A stretch of 63,755 nt of DNA, counting the filler, from Chiloscyllium plagiosum (taxonomy: Eukaryota), in the NCBI RefSeq assembly GCF_004010195.1. It is 3 parts of one record of this genome, joined end to end, with 100 filler letters (N's around TTAATTAATTAA, not from the genome) between each part and the next. Parts side by side here need not be neighbours in the genome. Positions count along the whole stretch, not along the records: positions 52,472 to 63,755 come from NC_057713.1; 2 more parts are not named here. One strand, given 5' to 3'. This document shows, one piece after another, positions 53,736 to 63,755 of this stretch (within the stretch, counting starts at the first letter, position 1; every line of letters starts with the position of its first letter). The notes under the pieces were generated by a model, which did no database searches, had not been told where the DNA came from, and saw only the letters and a list, made by a program, of their open reading frames with translations. A program made the translations under genes and the position numbers.

Positions 53736-55318
53736 TCTTTTGTGTTAATTGCAGAAACCTAGCCCCTGCTTTCTTTCTGCCTGAGTCCAAAAATCAGATA
53801 AATTATGGAATTTAGTGCAATTGTATAAATCTTTAACTTCTTGATGACTCCAGGAATGGTGCTTTTGAGCCTCTTCAACATATGGAGTTTAGCTTTGTCA
53901 GAAAAAAAGCAGGTACCTTGGTTGTTCTCATTGGCATTCAACATTACTTGTCTATAGTAACATCACATCAAGTGTCTAATGTCCTTTAAGAAAGGAAATC
54001 TACCTTTTTCTCAGCTGGCATACATGTGGCTCCAAACCCATTCACAATTTTGGAAACTCTTAATTGCCCAGAGAGTAAATAGTGGTGAACAATAAATATA
54101 GACCTTGCCAGCGAAATTCACATCCCATGAACAAATTAAAAGAAGGTTCCCTGAGGGTGATTTTGCCATCATAGATTTTAACATGAGACAAGATGAATAA
54201 TTTTTTAATATTCTGTTGGGGATTTCAAATGACACCAAGTAATATTTATGGTCATAGAGGCTGCAATTTCACTTTGGATTTGATGTACCTTATACAACTT
54301 TAAAATAAAATAGACATTTTTTTCACAAGCTAAGTAACTTATCTGAATGAAGAATCAAACCCAGTGCTGAGCTTTGAGGAAAATGGACTGCTTCCGAACG
54401 AGCATAGAACATAAGGTAAGGCAGTGTGATAGTTCCTGGCCACTGAGGTTTCAGCCAATTTCTTCATAATCCCCAGTGACACAAGACATGGCAACATTTC
54501 TCTTCATACACACAAAGGAAATAATTAGCCCATTTGCCTAACCTTACAAACACACACACACACACACGACACGGACACACACACGCACACTTCAGCCCCT
54601 ATGTCGTACCACACACAACGTAATCAGCCCCTATCCCATATCAGTAATACACATACAACAATTAGCCCAACACTTCTGTACAAGTACATACACTCTCAAA
54701 CACATGGTAATCAGATCTTCCTGATACCACATGTACACAAACATTCGCACTTACTCTCTGTAATAAGCCTCATCCTCTACCACACACAATATATTCAGAC
54801 CCTGACCTCTGTCACGTCGACTTTTATGATGAAAGGATGTAACACTGAAATAATATAGCTATTTGTAGTCCTTAATTTCAAAATGTTTTGCTACAAAAAA
54901 TGCCTGTGTAAAATTCTGCGTGGGATCAGTGTAATGTAACATGTAAAGATGTCAAAGAAACTTCAAACAGACTGGACTATGATCTCTTGACAAGAGAAAT
55001 TTACAATCCCTCTATTCAACAGCAAGCCACCCACCATCTCTGCTAGATTATGATCCAAACTGCAGATATATTTTGCATTTTGTCTTTTGACAAATGCGTT
55101 AGGGCAGGCTTAAGGATCTAGCTTCCACTCTGCTGAATTGGACGAGACGTACTGAAAGTTCTAAACCAGCCTGGCTTTGAGTATTAACATGCTTTGAAAG
55201 TCAAAGTTAAAGAATATCCCCTAGTTCTCTCTGTAGAACAGATTCATTTTCTCCTTTTCACAGCTTACATTTACACCTATTTTACACATCTATCTTTCCT
55301 TTGCCACCATTGTCACTA

Positions 55319-55523
55319 GTTGAAACTTTATTGCTGGAACAGCACAGCAGGTCAGGCAGCATCCAGGGAACAGGAGATTCGATGTTTCGGGCACAGGCCC
55401 TTCTTCAGGAATCCTGAAGGGTCCTGAAGAAGGGCCTGTGCCCGAAACGTCGAATCTCCTGTTCCCTGGATGCTGCCTGAGTTTCAACTTTGATCTCCAG
55501 CATCTGCAGACCTCACTTTCTCC
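55319..55523. mobile_element. Fold-back Penelope pLTR insertion
   Basis: TSD ccaccattgtcacta 55304-55318 / 55522-55536; hinge ~55411-55422. Confidence 0.9.
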
Positions 55524-56599
55524 ACCATTGTCACTACCCTTGTCTTTTAGTCTAGGCACACTCACCCATCTGTTCCACTTGCTCCTGCTCTTCCATTTCT
55601 GTCACTAGCGTTAAAACATAATTATCCATCTCATTTTAGTTCCAAAATAGTCATACTGGACTCAAAACCTTAACTCTATTTCTTTCTCCACAGATGCTAC
55701 AAGACCTATTGAGTTTCTCTAGCATTTTTGGCTTTCAGTTCAGAATTCTAGCAACTGTAGTATTTTGCTTTTATTCCTTAGCTACTCCTGTGTTGCAGGT
55801 GAAGAGGTACACTTACACCCTCTCTCTGAGTTCTAGACGTTAGCTATCTAGTAGCCAGATAATAGGAAAACAGGGCAACAAAAGGACACTGTCACTCTGA
55901 GTGTTGGAATGCAGTCATGGGTTGATAGAAATCAGAATTATAGAATCTCAATGAATCTAAAGAATGTGAAATTGGTTGTTCAACAATAATGTCAATGCCT
56001 CCAGTAACTTTCATTGCAACAGTTGAAGCATTCAACTGTCTGATTCTGCAAATAATTCAGAGATTGATGTGTATCTCTATTTTTTCAAAATCTTTAATCC
56101 CTTTGAAATCACCTCTTATTTCTGATTTGTGTTTCCAATGTTACATCACCATTTCTTCGTGCATTTTGCAATTAATAAACATGCTTTTTGCTAACTCAGG
56201 AAATCCTGGCCAAATTGACTAAAGTTCCCATTGGAGTCTGGGGGAAGAAAAACTGTCTACAAGGAAAGGAATGCTTTTTAAACTAAGCTGGTTATAACCA
56301 ACTGATGGTGTTGGTTAATAAAGAATGGGAGCTAGTTCATCTCTCTTTCGCCCAGGAGTGTAATTCCATCTGGAACTGTAAGGAATTGGAGGCATTGACC
56401 AGGGTCTGTTTGTACCAAAGCAGGAACTATTGCTATGGTTAGATGAAACAAAAGAATTATGGTGGGTAATTGATTTAAAGGAAAATGCTGCAACAGCAAG
56501 ATATATCTGCACCAGATACCAGAACATTCCGAATAGAATGAGGAGAAGTTCCTTTTGAGGGTTTAAATGTTCTGTTCTTCAAATATTTAAAAATTTATC

Positions 56600-58043
56600 A
56601 AGGCACTTGGGATTAGAATTTTGCCTGAAAAAAACAAAACACAGAAAACACAAAATTCCAAAAGGGGCACACAGTGGGCGGAAACTGAGGGCAATAAAAA
56701 GGTAGAGTAGCAGTTGAGAGATTAAAATTGGAACAGCAGAAATTAGAAATACAAGAAAAAGAGAAGGAACGGGAAAGAGAGAGAGGTGGGAAAAAATACA
56801 AAGAGCAAGGATAGAAAATGACATTTCAGGCAAATCCACAAGAAATAGAGTTTTAACCGTGAGACAGCTCAAGCTGAGGAGCAGGAACACTACTGTGAGC
56901 CATGAAGACACTAATGGCTCAACTTTATAATGGAGGCAGCTCAGTTTGCTCATTTAATTCCTTTCAAGCAACTTTGAATGGATGGCACAGCAGTTAAAGT
57001 GGCCCATCCAACTTTGGTCCTTCTCACTGCGGAGTTAGCCTTTGGGAAAAGTGCAGGTGGTTTACTACCTTTTGCCTGAGCCCCAGATTATGAGGCAGTT
57101 TAAAAAAAAAAGGCTGTCTTGAAGATGCTCCAGTTTTTGCTAGAGATGTACCTTCACAAATTCCACACCCTCAGGAAACTGCTTGACGAGATGTACCTGC
57201 AAATTGAACATGTTAAAGTGGGCGCAGGTACTTAATTCAGAAACCACTTATGAAACAATCTGGCATGACTCTCCTCAAGAAGATTTAAAACTCCACTCCC
57301 TCCCCCAATAAAAACTATATCTCAAGGAACAGAGTGTGACTGAGTCCAGACCAGCAGTTGCACTGGCCAATGATTATGGACTAATCCCCTTGTTTCAACA
57401 GAAACCCTCGGCTAATTATCTCAAACCAACTGGAGTGCAGAGAGGTGTCAAGAGGGAGTAAGAAACAGAGCATTGATGGGCGAGCAGGAAATCCTGGGAG
57501 CTCTGAATGTGGGGGCTGAGATCATAAGTGAGGCCAAGACACCCATGTGCCTTAAATATTGAAAGGCAGTATATGTCCAACTCTGAGGCTACAGGAAAAA
57601 CCAATGGGATTTCCTGGGATACAGACACGCTGTGCAGAGAATAGGAATGAAAGAACATAGCAAACTAGGCTATGGCTCTGACTGCAGCTATGAATCCTTG
57701 GAAGGGCTCTCCTGAGAATGCAGACAAGGTTAAACAAATCCATGAGAGTTATCGAAATTTTCTCTTTGAATGATGGGTGTCCATATTTCTTTGAGGGGGG
57801 TAGGTCAGCAAACCTGTCACAATACTTGCTCCTTGCCCATGATGTGGCAGGATCAAAGGTAATCCCAGTGGATTTTGAGCAGTCCACTGAGGTAAGGTAG
57901 ACAAATGAGCTGCAGAAGAAAGTCCCTGACTGTGGGCTCTTGCAGTCTATGTCTCAACAATGGAGGCTGAGGAAGCACTTGAAGCAGAAGACCCTCCAGT
58001 TTGGTTATCTGAAACCTTTCTCAGGGATACAGAAGACCTCAAG
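56600..58043 (+). mobile_element. Decayed Gmr1-like Gypsy LTR retrotransposon, gag/protease region
   Basis: E/R-rich stretch, FEWMAQQLKWPIQLWSF...GKVQVVY...DYEAV gag motif at ~56974-57100, LLAHDVAGSKV, VWLSETFL. Confidence 0.7.
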
Positions 58044-58075
58044 TGAAATAACTCAACACAGGCCAATATCCTCGA

Positions 58076-58290
58076 GGAGAAAGTGAGGACTGCAGATGCT
58101 GGAGATCAGAGCTGAGAATGTGTTGCTGGAAAAGCGCAGCGGGTCAGGCAGGATCCAAGGAACAGGAGAATCGACGTTTCGGGCATAAGCCCTTCTTCTT
58201 CCTGAAGAAGGGCTTATGCCCGAAACGTCGATTCTGCGTTCCTTGGATGCTGCCTGACCTGCTGCGCTTTTCCAGCAACACATTCTCAGC
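58076..58290. mobile_element. Fold-back Penelope pLTR insertion
   Basis: TSD aggccaatatcct 58060-58072 / 58293-58305; hinge ~58198. Confidence 0.9.
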
Positions 58291-58407
58291 ATAGGCCAAT
58301 ATCCTGTCAACAAGTCACCCTTCATTAACATGTGGAGTGTCCTTGACACTGATCCAGTTCCCTCAGAGCCAGCTCTCAGGGTGAACAGGTTGTCTGACAC
58401 TCCTGTT

Positions 58408-60190
58408 AATTTGTTTTCCCTTTTTTTTTCTATTTTACTAAACAGTACGAGTTACAAAAAAAGGTTAACATGTTTACAAGATACAGCAATTTACAGGGGA
58501 AAGTATGTCAAAGGCTGACCCCCAAACCCCACCGTACAACCAGTTCAAAGGGAAAAGAAAACGAACTTCAAATCCCACCTTATCATATCGAAAAGGAAAC
58601 AGTTGACGCAATCACATACAAACAGTCCGAATAACTGAATAATAAAATAGTGCATATAACACAGACACCCCTGGCAACTCAGCAACCCACCTGTCCCTCC
58701 CACCTCCCAGCCACTCAAAGGCAGCCTGCCCCTACTTCTCTTCCAGCTCTTGGTCAGCCTTGGCATACCTTCCGGTCATCTCTGACAGCCCTTCTGTTTC
58801 CCCACTGCCACCCCCAGTACGACAGCAATCAGGACAGCCTACTCACCTTCCAGCTTCCCTAACTGCCCTTCACACCTTCCAGCCACCTCTAGGACAGCCA
58901 TCCTGGTACCTGCCTGAGGTGACAATGCTAAGGACAGCCACCTGCCTTCAGCTCTGGGTCTCCCCATATTTAACATCTGGCTCTTGCCCATCCCAATGTA
59001 CCATCCGGCCTGTGGACTGCGTGTCTAAACAAGCTCGCCCTCCCCCTCAGGACGATGGCGCACAGGGCAGCCCACAGGCCTTCTGGATTTCGGCCTGCTC
59101 CCATGCACCTTCTGGTGCTCGGCCGCTCTGACACACCTTCTGGCTACCTCTAGGATAGCCTGTCCCGATTACCTCTCTCGGGACGACAGCGGTCAGAACT
59201 GCCTACCCACTTCCAGCTCTCAGGGAGGCCTATTCACCTTCTGGTTCACAGGATGGCCTACCCACTCTCCGGCTTTCAGGGTGACAGCTTTCAGAATGAC
59301 CTTTGAGCCTCCCAGCTCACACTAAGGCTGCCAGACCCAGGGATTCAGAAAACAGTGCAGGTGATAAACCCAACAAGCAAAAAGGGAGAGTGAATTACCA
59401 ACAAACAGAGTCCCTTCTGGTACACAGAGTCTATTACCATAAACAGTCCACTCCAGTATGCAGAGTCCATTGTTAGAAACAGAGTCCACAACTGAAGGCA
59501 GAGTCCACTCCTGAAGGCAGCAAATGCACACCCCACAGCTCACACACAGGTGTTCAGTCTCCATAGAGGCCTGCTCTATCCTCCGGTGATCAGGTCCACC
59601 CACACAAATACAGTTCATTGTAAAAGGTGCAGTTAACTCACAGGGTTTAAGGCAGAGTCCAATCCCAAAGGCAGAGTCCACTCCAGGATGCAGCAAATGC
59701 TCTCCTCCCAGCATACACGCAGGTGTTCAGTCTTTACAAAGGCCTAGTCTACCCACAGAGGGCCAGGCCTATCAACAGAGGAACAAGTCACCTGGAAAGG
59801 TATAGTATCTCACAGGAGCTCTGCCCAGCACCAAAAATGTGAAGACACATACAAAAAATATCCAAAGAAAACCAGAATTTAAGGGCTAAGCCCTGCCATG
59901 AAATCAACATTATCCTTTTTCTCAAAGTAAAAGAGTATCACACACACTGTAACCAGCCAGTGAAACAACAGTTCCCTAATGACAACAGAAATTCGCCTGA
60001 AACACATTGACTGTGAAGATCAGGCAGTTTAGAAATCAGTCCTCAATAAAAAAGGAATAAGAGTTAATAAACTGGCTGTGTAGATCAGCTAATTCGGGAA
60101 TCAGGTTTCCCCAAAACACACAGAAACCAACAGTAGCAGTTCACACTGGCTGTGTGGCCAGCCAGCTACGAGTCAGTCCCCTGACACAAA
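58408..60190 (-). mobile_element. Non-coding poly(A)-tailed retroposon A (~1.8 kb)
   Basis: Minus 3' end gtactgtttagtaaaatagaaaaaaaaa; internal tandem repeats; shared head with element B; no recognisable ORF. Confidence 0.65.
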
Positions 60191-60265
60191 TGAAGGGTCC
60201 TTGACACTGATTCAACTCCCTCAGAGCCAGGTCTCACAGTGAACAGGATGTCTGACACTCCTGTT

Positions 60266-61477
60266 ATTTTTTTTCGGCTATGTTTTATTAAACGGTACAA
60301 AATAAACAGAAAGCAGCAGTTCACAAAAAAACCCAGTATATAAGGGGAAAGGGCAGCAAAGCCAAACCCTAACCCCACTGTTCAACCATTTTACAGGGAG
60401 ATGAGGAACCACAACTTTCAGTCATCACAAAGATAACAGTAACAAATGCAGACAAGACAGTGCAATCAAATGAGAAACAGTGCATAGAACACAGACCCAA
60501 AATAGGTAAAAAAAAAGGACCACTCCACGCCACATACTGATCAGACCATCCTTGACTAGCCTTCCTGAAGGACAATCGTCAGCCTTCTGGTCTCTGGCCA
60601 CCCTGCATACTGACTGACCCACCCCAGGCCTGCTTTCCTCCAGGCTAGTCATCGACCACCCAGCTCCCAGTCGGCCCATGTACTGACGACTGGGCTATCC
60701 TGGGCCGCTTTCCTACGGTTGTTGGCCTTCCGGTCTCCGGCGGCCCTGTGTACTAACTGACCCTTCCCAGCCCACTTTCCTCCAGAATGGACGTCAGCCA
60801 CTGGTTCCCGGTAACCCCCGTGTACTAATCAAACCAACCCCGACCTGCTTTCCTACAGTCAGGCTGTTGGCCTTCCAGCACCCTGCTACCCTGCGTACTG
60901 ACTAACCCTTTACCCTGACCAGCGTTCCTACAGACTGGCCATCGGCTGTCCAGCTCCCAGCCTCCCTGCGTACTGACAGGTCTGCCTTCCTACGGGCTGT
61001 CGTCGGCCACCTGGCTCAGCCTCCCCACGTACTGACCAGCCTGCCTTATACATGCTTTCCTGCGAGGATGCTATCAGTTGCCTGGCCCTGCCTGCCCCAC
61101 GTACTGACAGGCTCCACCTGCCCGCTTTCCTCCAGGCTGGTCATCAACCCTCTGGCCCCCAGCCAGCCCACGTACTGGCTGCTCCTCCCCTGATCAGCTT
61201 TCCTACAGGAATGCTTTCGGCTGCCTCACCTAGTCACCCATCAAACTAACAGACCGCCCCAGCCCGCAATCCCCCAGGCCGGTTATTGACCGTCAAGCTC
61301 CCAGCCACCCCACATACTAGCTAACCCACTCTGGCCTGCACTCAAACACAATTAATTACAAAACCCATATACAGTAATAGAATTCACAAAATCGTCAATA
61401 CAGTTTCCAGTATGAAGCTAGAGTCCATGTCCGAAGACAGAGTCAATGCCAGCTCAGAGTCAGTCCCCTGACACAAA
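60266..61477 (-). mobile_element. Non-coding poly(A)-tailed retroposon B (~1.2 kb)
   Basis: Minus 3' end gtaccgtttAATAAAacatagccgaaaaaaaa; shared head catttgtgtcaggggactgactc. Confidence 0.7.
60530..61330 (-). repeat. Degenerate tandem array, 11 units of ~72 bp
   Basis: TACTRA-like anchors at 60535, 60608, 60681, 60751, 60823, 60896, 60971, 61030, 61102, 61173, 61244, 61315; second anchor gcTTTCCT in most units. Confidence 0.85.
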
Positions 61478-61620
61478 TGGAGAGTCCTTGACACTGATCC
61501 AGTTCCCTCAAAGCCAGCTCTTACAGGATGTCTGACACTTCTGGCTCCCCAACCGGACAAGGTTAATAGTCCCAAACAGGTAACTCATTGTTTGAGGTCC
61601 GCCTGGCTGACCTTGTTAAA

Positions 61621-62590
61621 ATCATGAGGGTACCAAGGAGGTAATAATTAGACTTGGTAGTAGCTCAGCACTGTTAAAAATGCTAGCTCACACAGAAGTA
61701 AAGTCCCAGAATGCTGCTATATTAAAAATGAGGTCCTGATGATCAAATAGAGCACCCCTCACATACCCGCAAATGAGAAGTGACTATGGTTTTGGTGTGA
61801 ATTAGGCACCATATGGAAAAAAAAACAAAAACCATAGGGAAATATTGCAGGTAGCTCTTGAAATTCCAATGGTTAGACTTGTTGATGTATGCAAAACCTG
61901 AGCCCATACTGGTCAGCACTCTTATTGACCCTACACCCATAAGGATATAGTAAGGCTTTGCAGAATCTGCTACACATGTGGTGGAACCTATACGATGATT
62001 CCCTCGTTAACTTTTAGAGAAGCATTCAGCAAGGTGATGATGGACTGCATGGGACTCCCACCTGAAATAAAAGGGAGCTACCAATATATCCTCACCATCA
62101 TGAACATGGCCACCTATAACCATATTTGCTGAAACAATGATGAGAGAATTGAACCAAGTCTACACCCGGTATGGTCTTTCCATTGAGATCCAGCCAGAGC
62201 AAGGGTCAAATTTCATGTCCCAAATATTGCACAAAGTCACAGGTAACACGGATGGAACACAGCAGAGGTCTTCAGTGTATCACCCACACTCGCAGGGGGT
62301 GTTAACACCCGACACTAAAAACAATGATATTGTCATCAGTATTCCCACGACTGGGACACGAGTAGCTTTTTTTCTGGTCACCATCAAGGACCCACTCAAT
62401 GAATCCATTGGTTTTACTGCATTTGCTTTAGTTTATGGGCACTAAGCGTGAGGGCCCCTGAATCTAACCAAGGAGAACAGAAGTTGGAAACCTCTATATC
62501 AGACTATGGCCAAGTTCTGAGAGTGACTCTCACAAGCTGCGAAGTAGACTGAGAACATTTGTAAATCTCTCACATAACGATGCAGAGGTA
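61621..62590 (+). mobile_element. Gmr1-like Gypsy integrase remnant (continuation of 56600-58043)
   Basis: ECCYIKNEVLMIK, FSKVMMDCMGLP...YQYILTIM, YGLSIEIQPEQGSNFMS, SSVYHPHSQG; integrase follows the protease region as in Gmr1. Confidence 0.8.
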
Positions 62591-62751
62591 GCTTGTGGGT
62601 CATTCTTTGACTGTAGATTTTTCCAGCAAGCTACCACTCAAATCCAGGCTAGTACACACAAACTTAATTTCATTGGCATCCTTATTTCCACGAGCACACA
62701 TAGACCAGGGTCATAGTTAGTTTTAAATCTCCATTTTTATATATTTCTAGA

Positions 62752-63075
62752 AGGGCACAATGACTCAGTGACAGCAGAAGGGACCCGGGTTCCATTCTAG
62801 CCTTGGGCAACAGTCTGTATGGAGATTGCACCTTCTCCTCATGTCTGTGTGAGTTTCCTCCCACAATTCAGAGATGTGCAGGTTAGGTAAACTGGCTATG
62901 CTAAATCACCCATAGGTTTCAGGGATATGTAGGTTAGGAGCATTAGATAGGGGCAAATGTAGAGCAATAGAGTAGGGGAATGTGTCTTGGGGGAGGGGGC
63001 AGGGGGTTACTCTTCAAAGGTCGGTGTGGACTTATTGTGCCTAATGGCCTGTTTCCACACCGTGGGTATTCTATG
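62752..63075 (+). mobile_element. HE1 SINE
   Basis: gggacccgggttccattc B-box region, core and tail. Confidence 0.82.
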
Positions 63076-63609
63076 AAAACGGCAACACACAATAGGTGTC
63101 TGAACAAAGTGAGAAATTGCTGGTGAAACTCAACATGTCTGACAGCACATGTGGAAAGAAGGCAAAGTTTAACATTTTGAGTTCAGTGACTCTTCAACAG
63201 AAGAGTCAGTTCTGAGTTTCTCCAGCAATTTGCTTTAATTTCAGATTTCCATCGTCCACAGTTCTTTGTTTTATTTTAACATAAAAAATGCCTGCAAGAA
63301 ATGGCTTTCTCCTGAGAGAAGGGAGATCGTCAGCCCCTCCTATCTCTTCCTGTTTTTCTTTCTCTTTCTCTCTCTCTCTCTCTCTCACCCTGTGTTTGAA
63401 GTCTCCCTGAAACTCTAAAGGTACAATACTCCATGGGTGCTACACAGGACTTTGTTAGGCAGTACTGAGTTTAATCTACAGTCTTTCTTGCTTACCCATA
63501 GCAACACACTTTAAAAAAAACACATTTTTAACTTATAAGTTAAGAAAATATCCTTTCGGGTCCTGATCTGTCATCATGACAACACATACAAATATATATC
63601 CTACCATAC

Positions 63610-63755
63610 ATACACTGAAATCAAATCCCACCCACCAACCACACTAATCAGACCCCACCCACCACACATTGTAATTAGCCTCCACCCACACATTGTACTC
63701 AGCCCCCAACCACATACACACTGTAATCAGCTCCCACCCACACACACTATAATCA
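63610..63755 (+). repeat. CA-rich minisatellite (~25-28 bp unit), runs off the window end
   Basis: Unit cacactgtaatcagccccacccac repeated about 6 times. Confidence 0.75.

Larger units (their letters stand above)
58044..61620 (-). mobile_element. Solo LTR (family of 24687-24907) split by one Penelope and two poly(A) retroposons
   Basis: LTR 3' part 58044-58407 and 5' part ~61478-61620 are colinear with the reverse complement of 24687-24907. Confidence 0.8.

Noticed and set aside
53844..53913. Signal-peptide-like mini ORF MTPGMVLLSLFNIWSLALSEKKQ followed by GT
   Set aside because: Weak donor (gtacct) and no downstream coding exon found.
60530..61330. CRISPR array, tRNA array or hammerhead array interpretation of the 72-bp repeats
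   Set aside because: Vertebrate context with no cas genes, and the 'spacers' are homologous to each other. No T-loop/B-box. The CUGANGA core is mostly CCGAYRR and there is no stem I partner.

Overview
Repeat-rich, apparently non-coding vertebrate DNA. The repeat repertoire (HE1-type tRNA SINEs, HER1/CR1 LINEs, Deu-domain SINEs) points to an elasmobranch, probably a shark; this is an inference from repeat families. No intact host protein-coding gene is supportable. The recognisable ORFs are decayed transposon pieces: CR1 RT and SGNH-esterase ORF1, Penelope/Neptune RT and GIY-YIG, Rex1/Babar RT, Gmr1-like gag and integrase. Highlights: (1) At 58044-61620 a short solo LTR is split at its TATA box by two related poly(A)-tailed non-coding retroposons in tandem. 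Each is preceded by the same ~75-bp LTR-derived block and a shared GNRA-hairpin head, suggesting a sequence-specific, LTR-promoter-hijacking retroposon system. One element carries an 11-unit ~72-bp array with conserved linkers and apparently covarying stems. (2) Many ~200-bp Penelope insertions are fold-back palindromes with 13-17 bp target-site duplications, hinged at a minimal hammerhead ribozyme. (3) Unique DNA contains a perfect DR2, a perfect DR5 and a triple AAAGGTCA cluster, suggesting a nuclear-receptor/retinoic-acid-regulated landscape. Family names are from recall of consensus sequences, not database searches, and many repeat boundaries are approximate.
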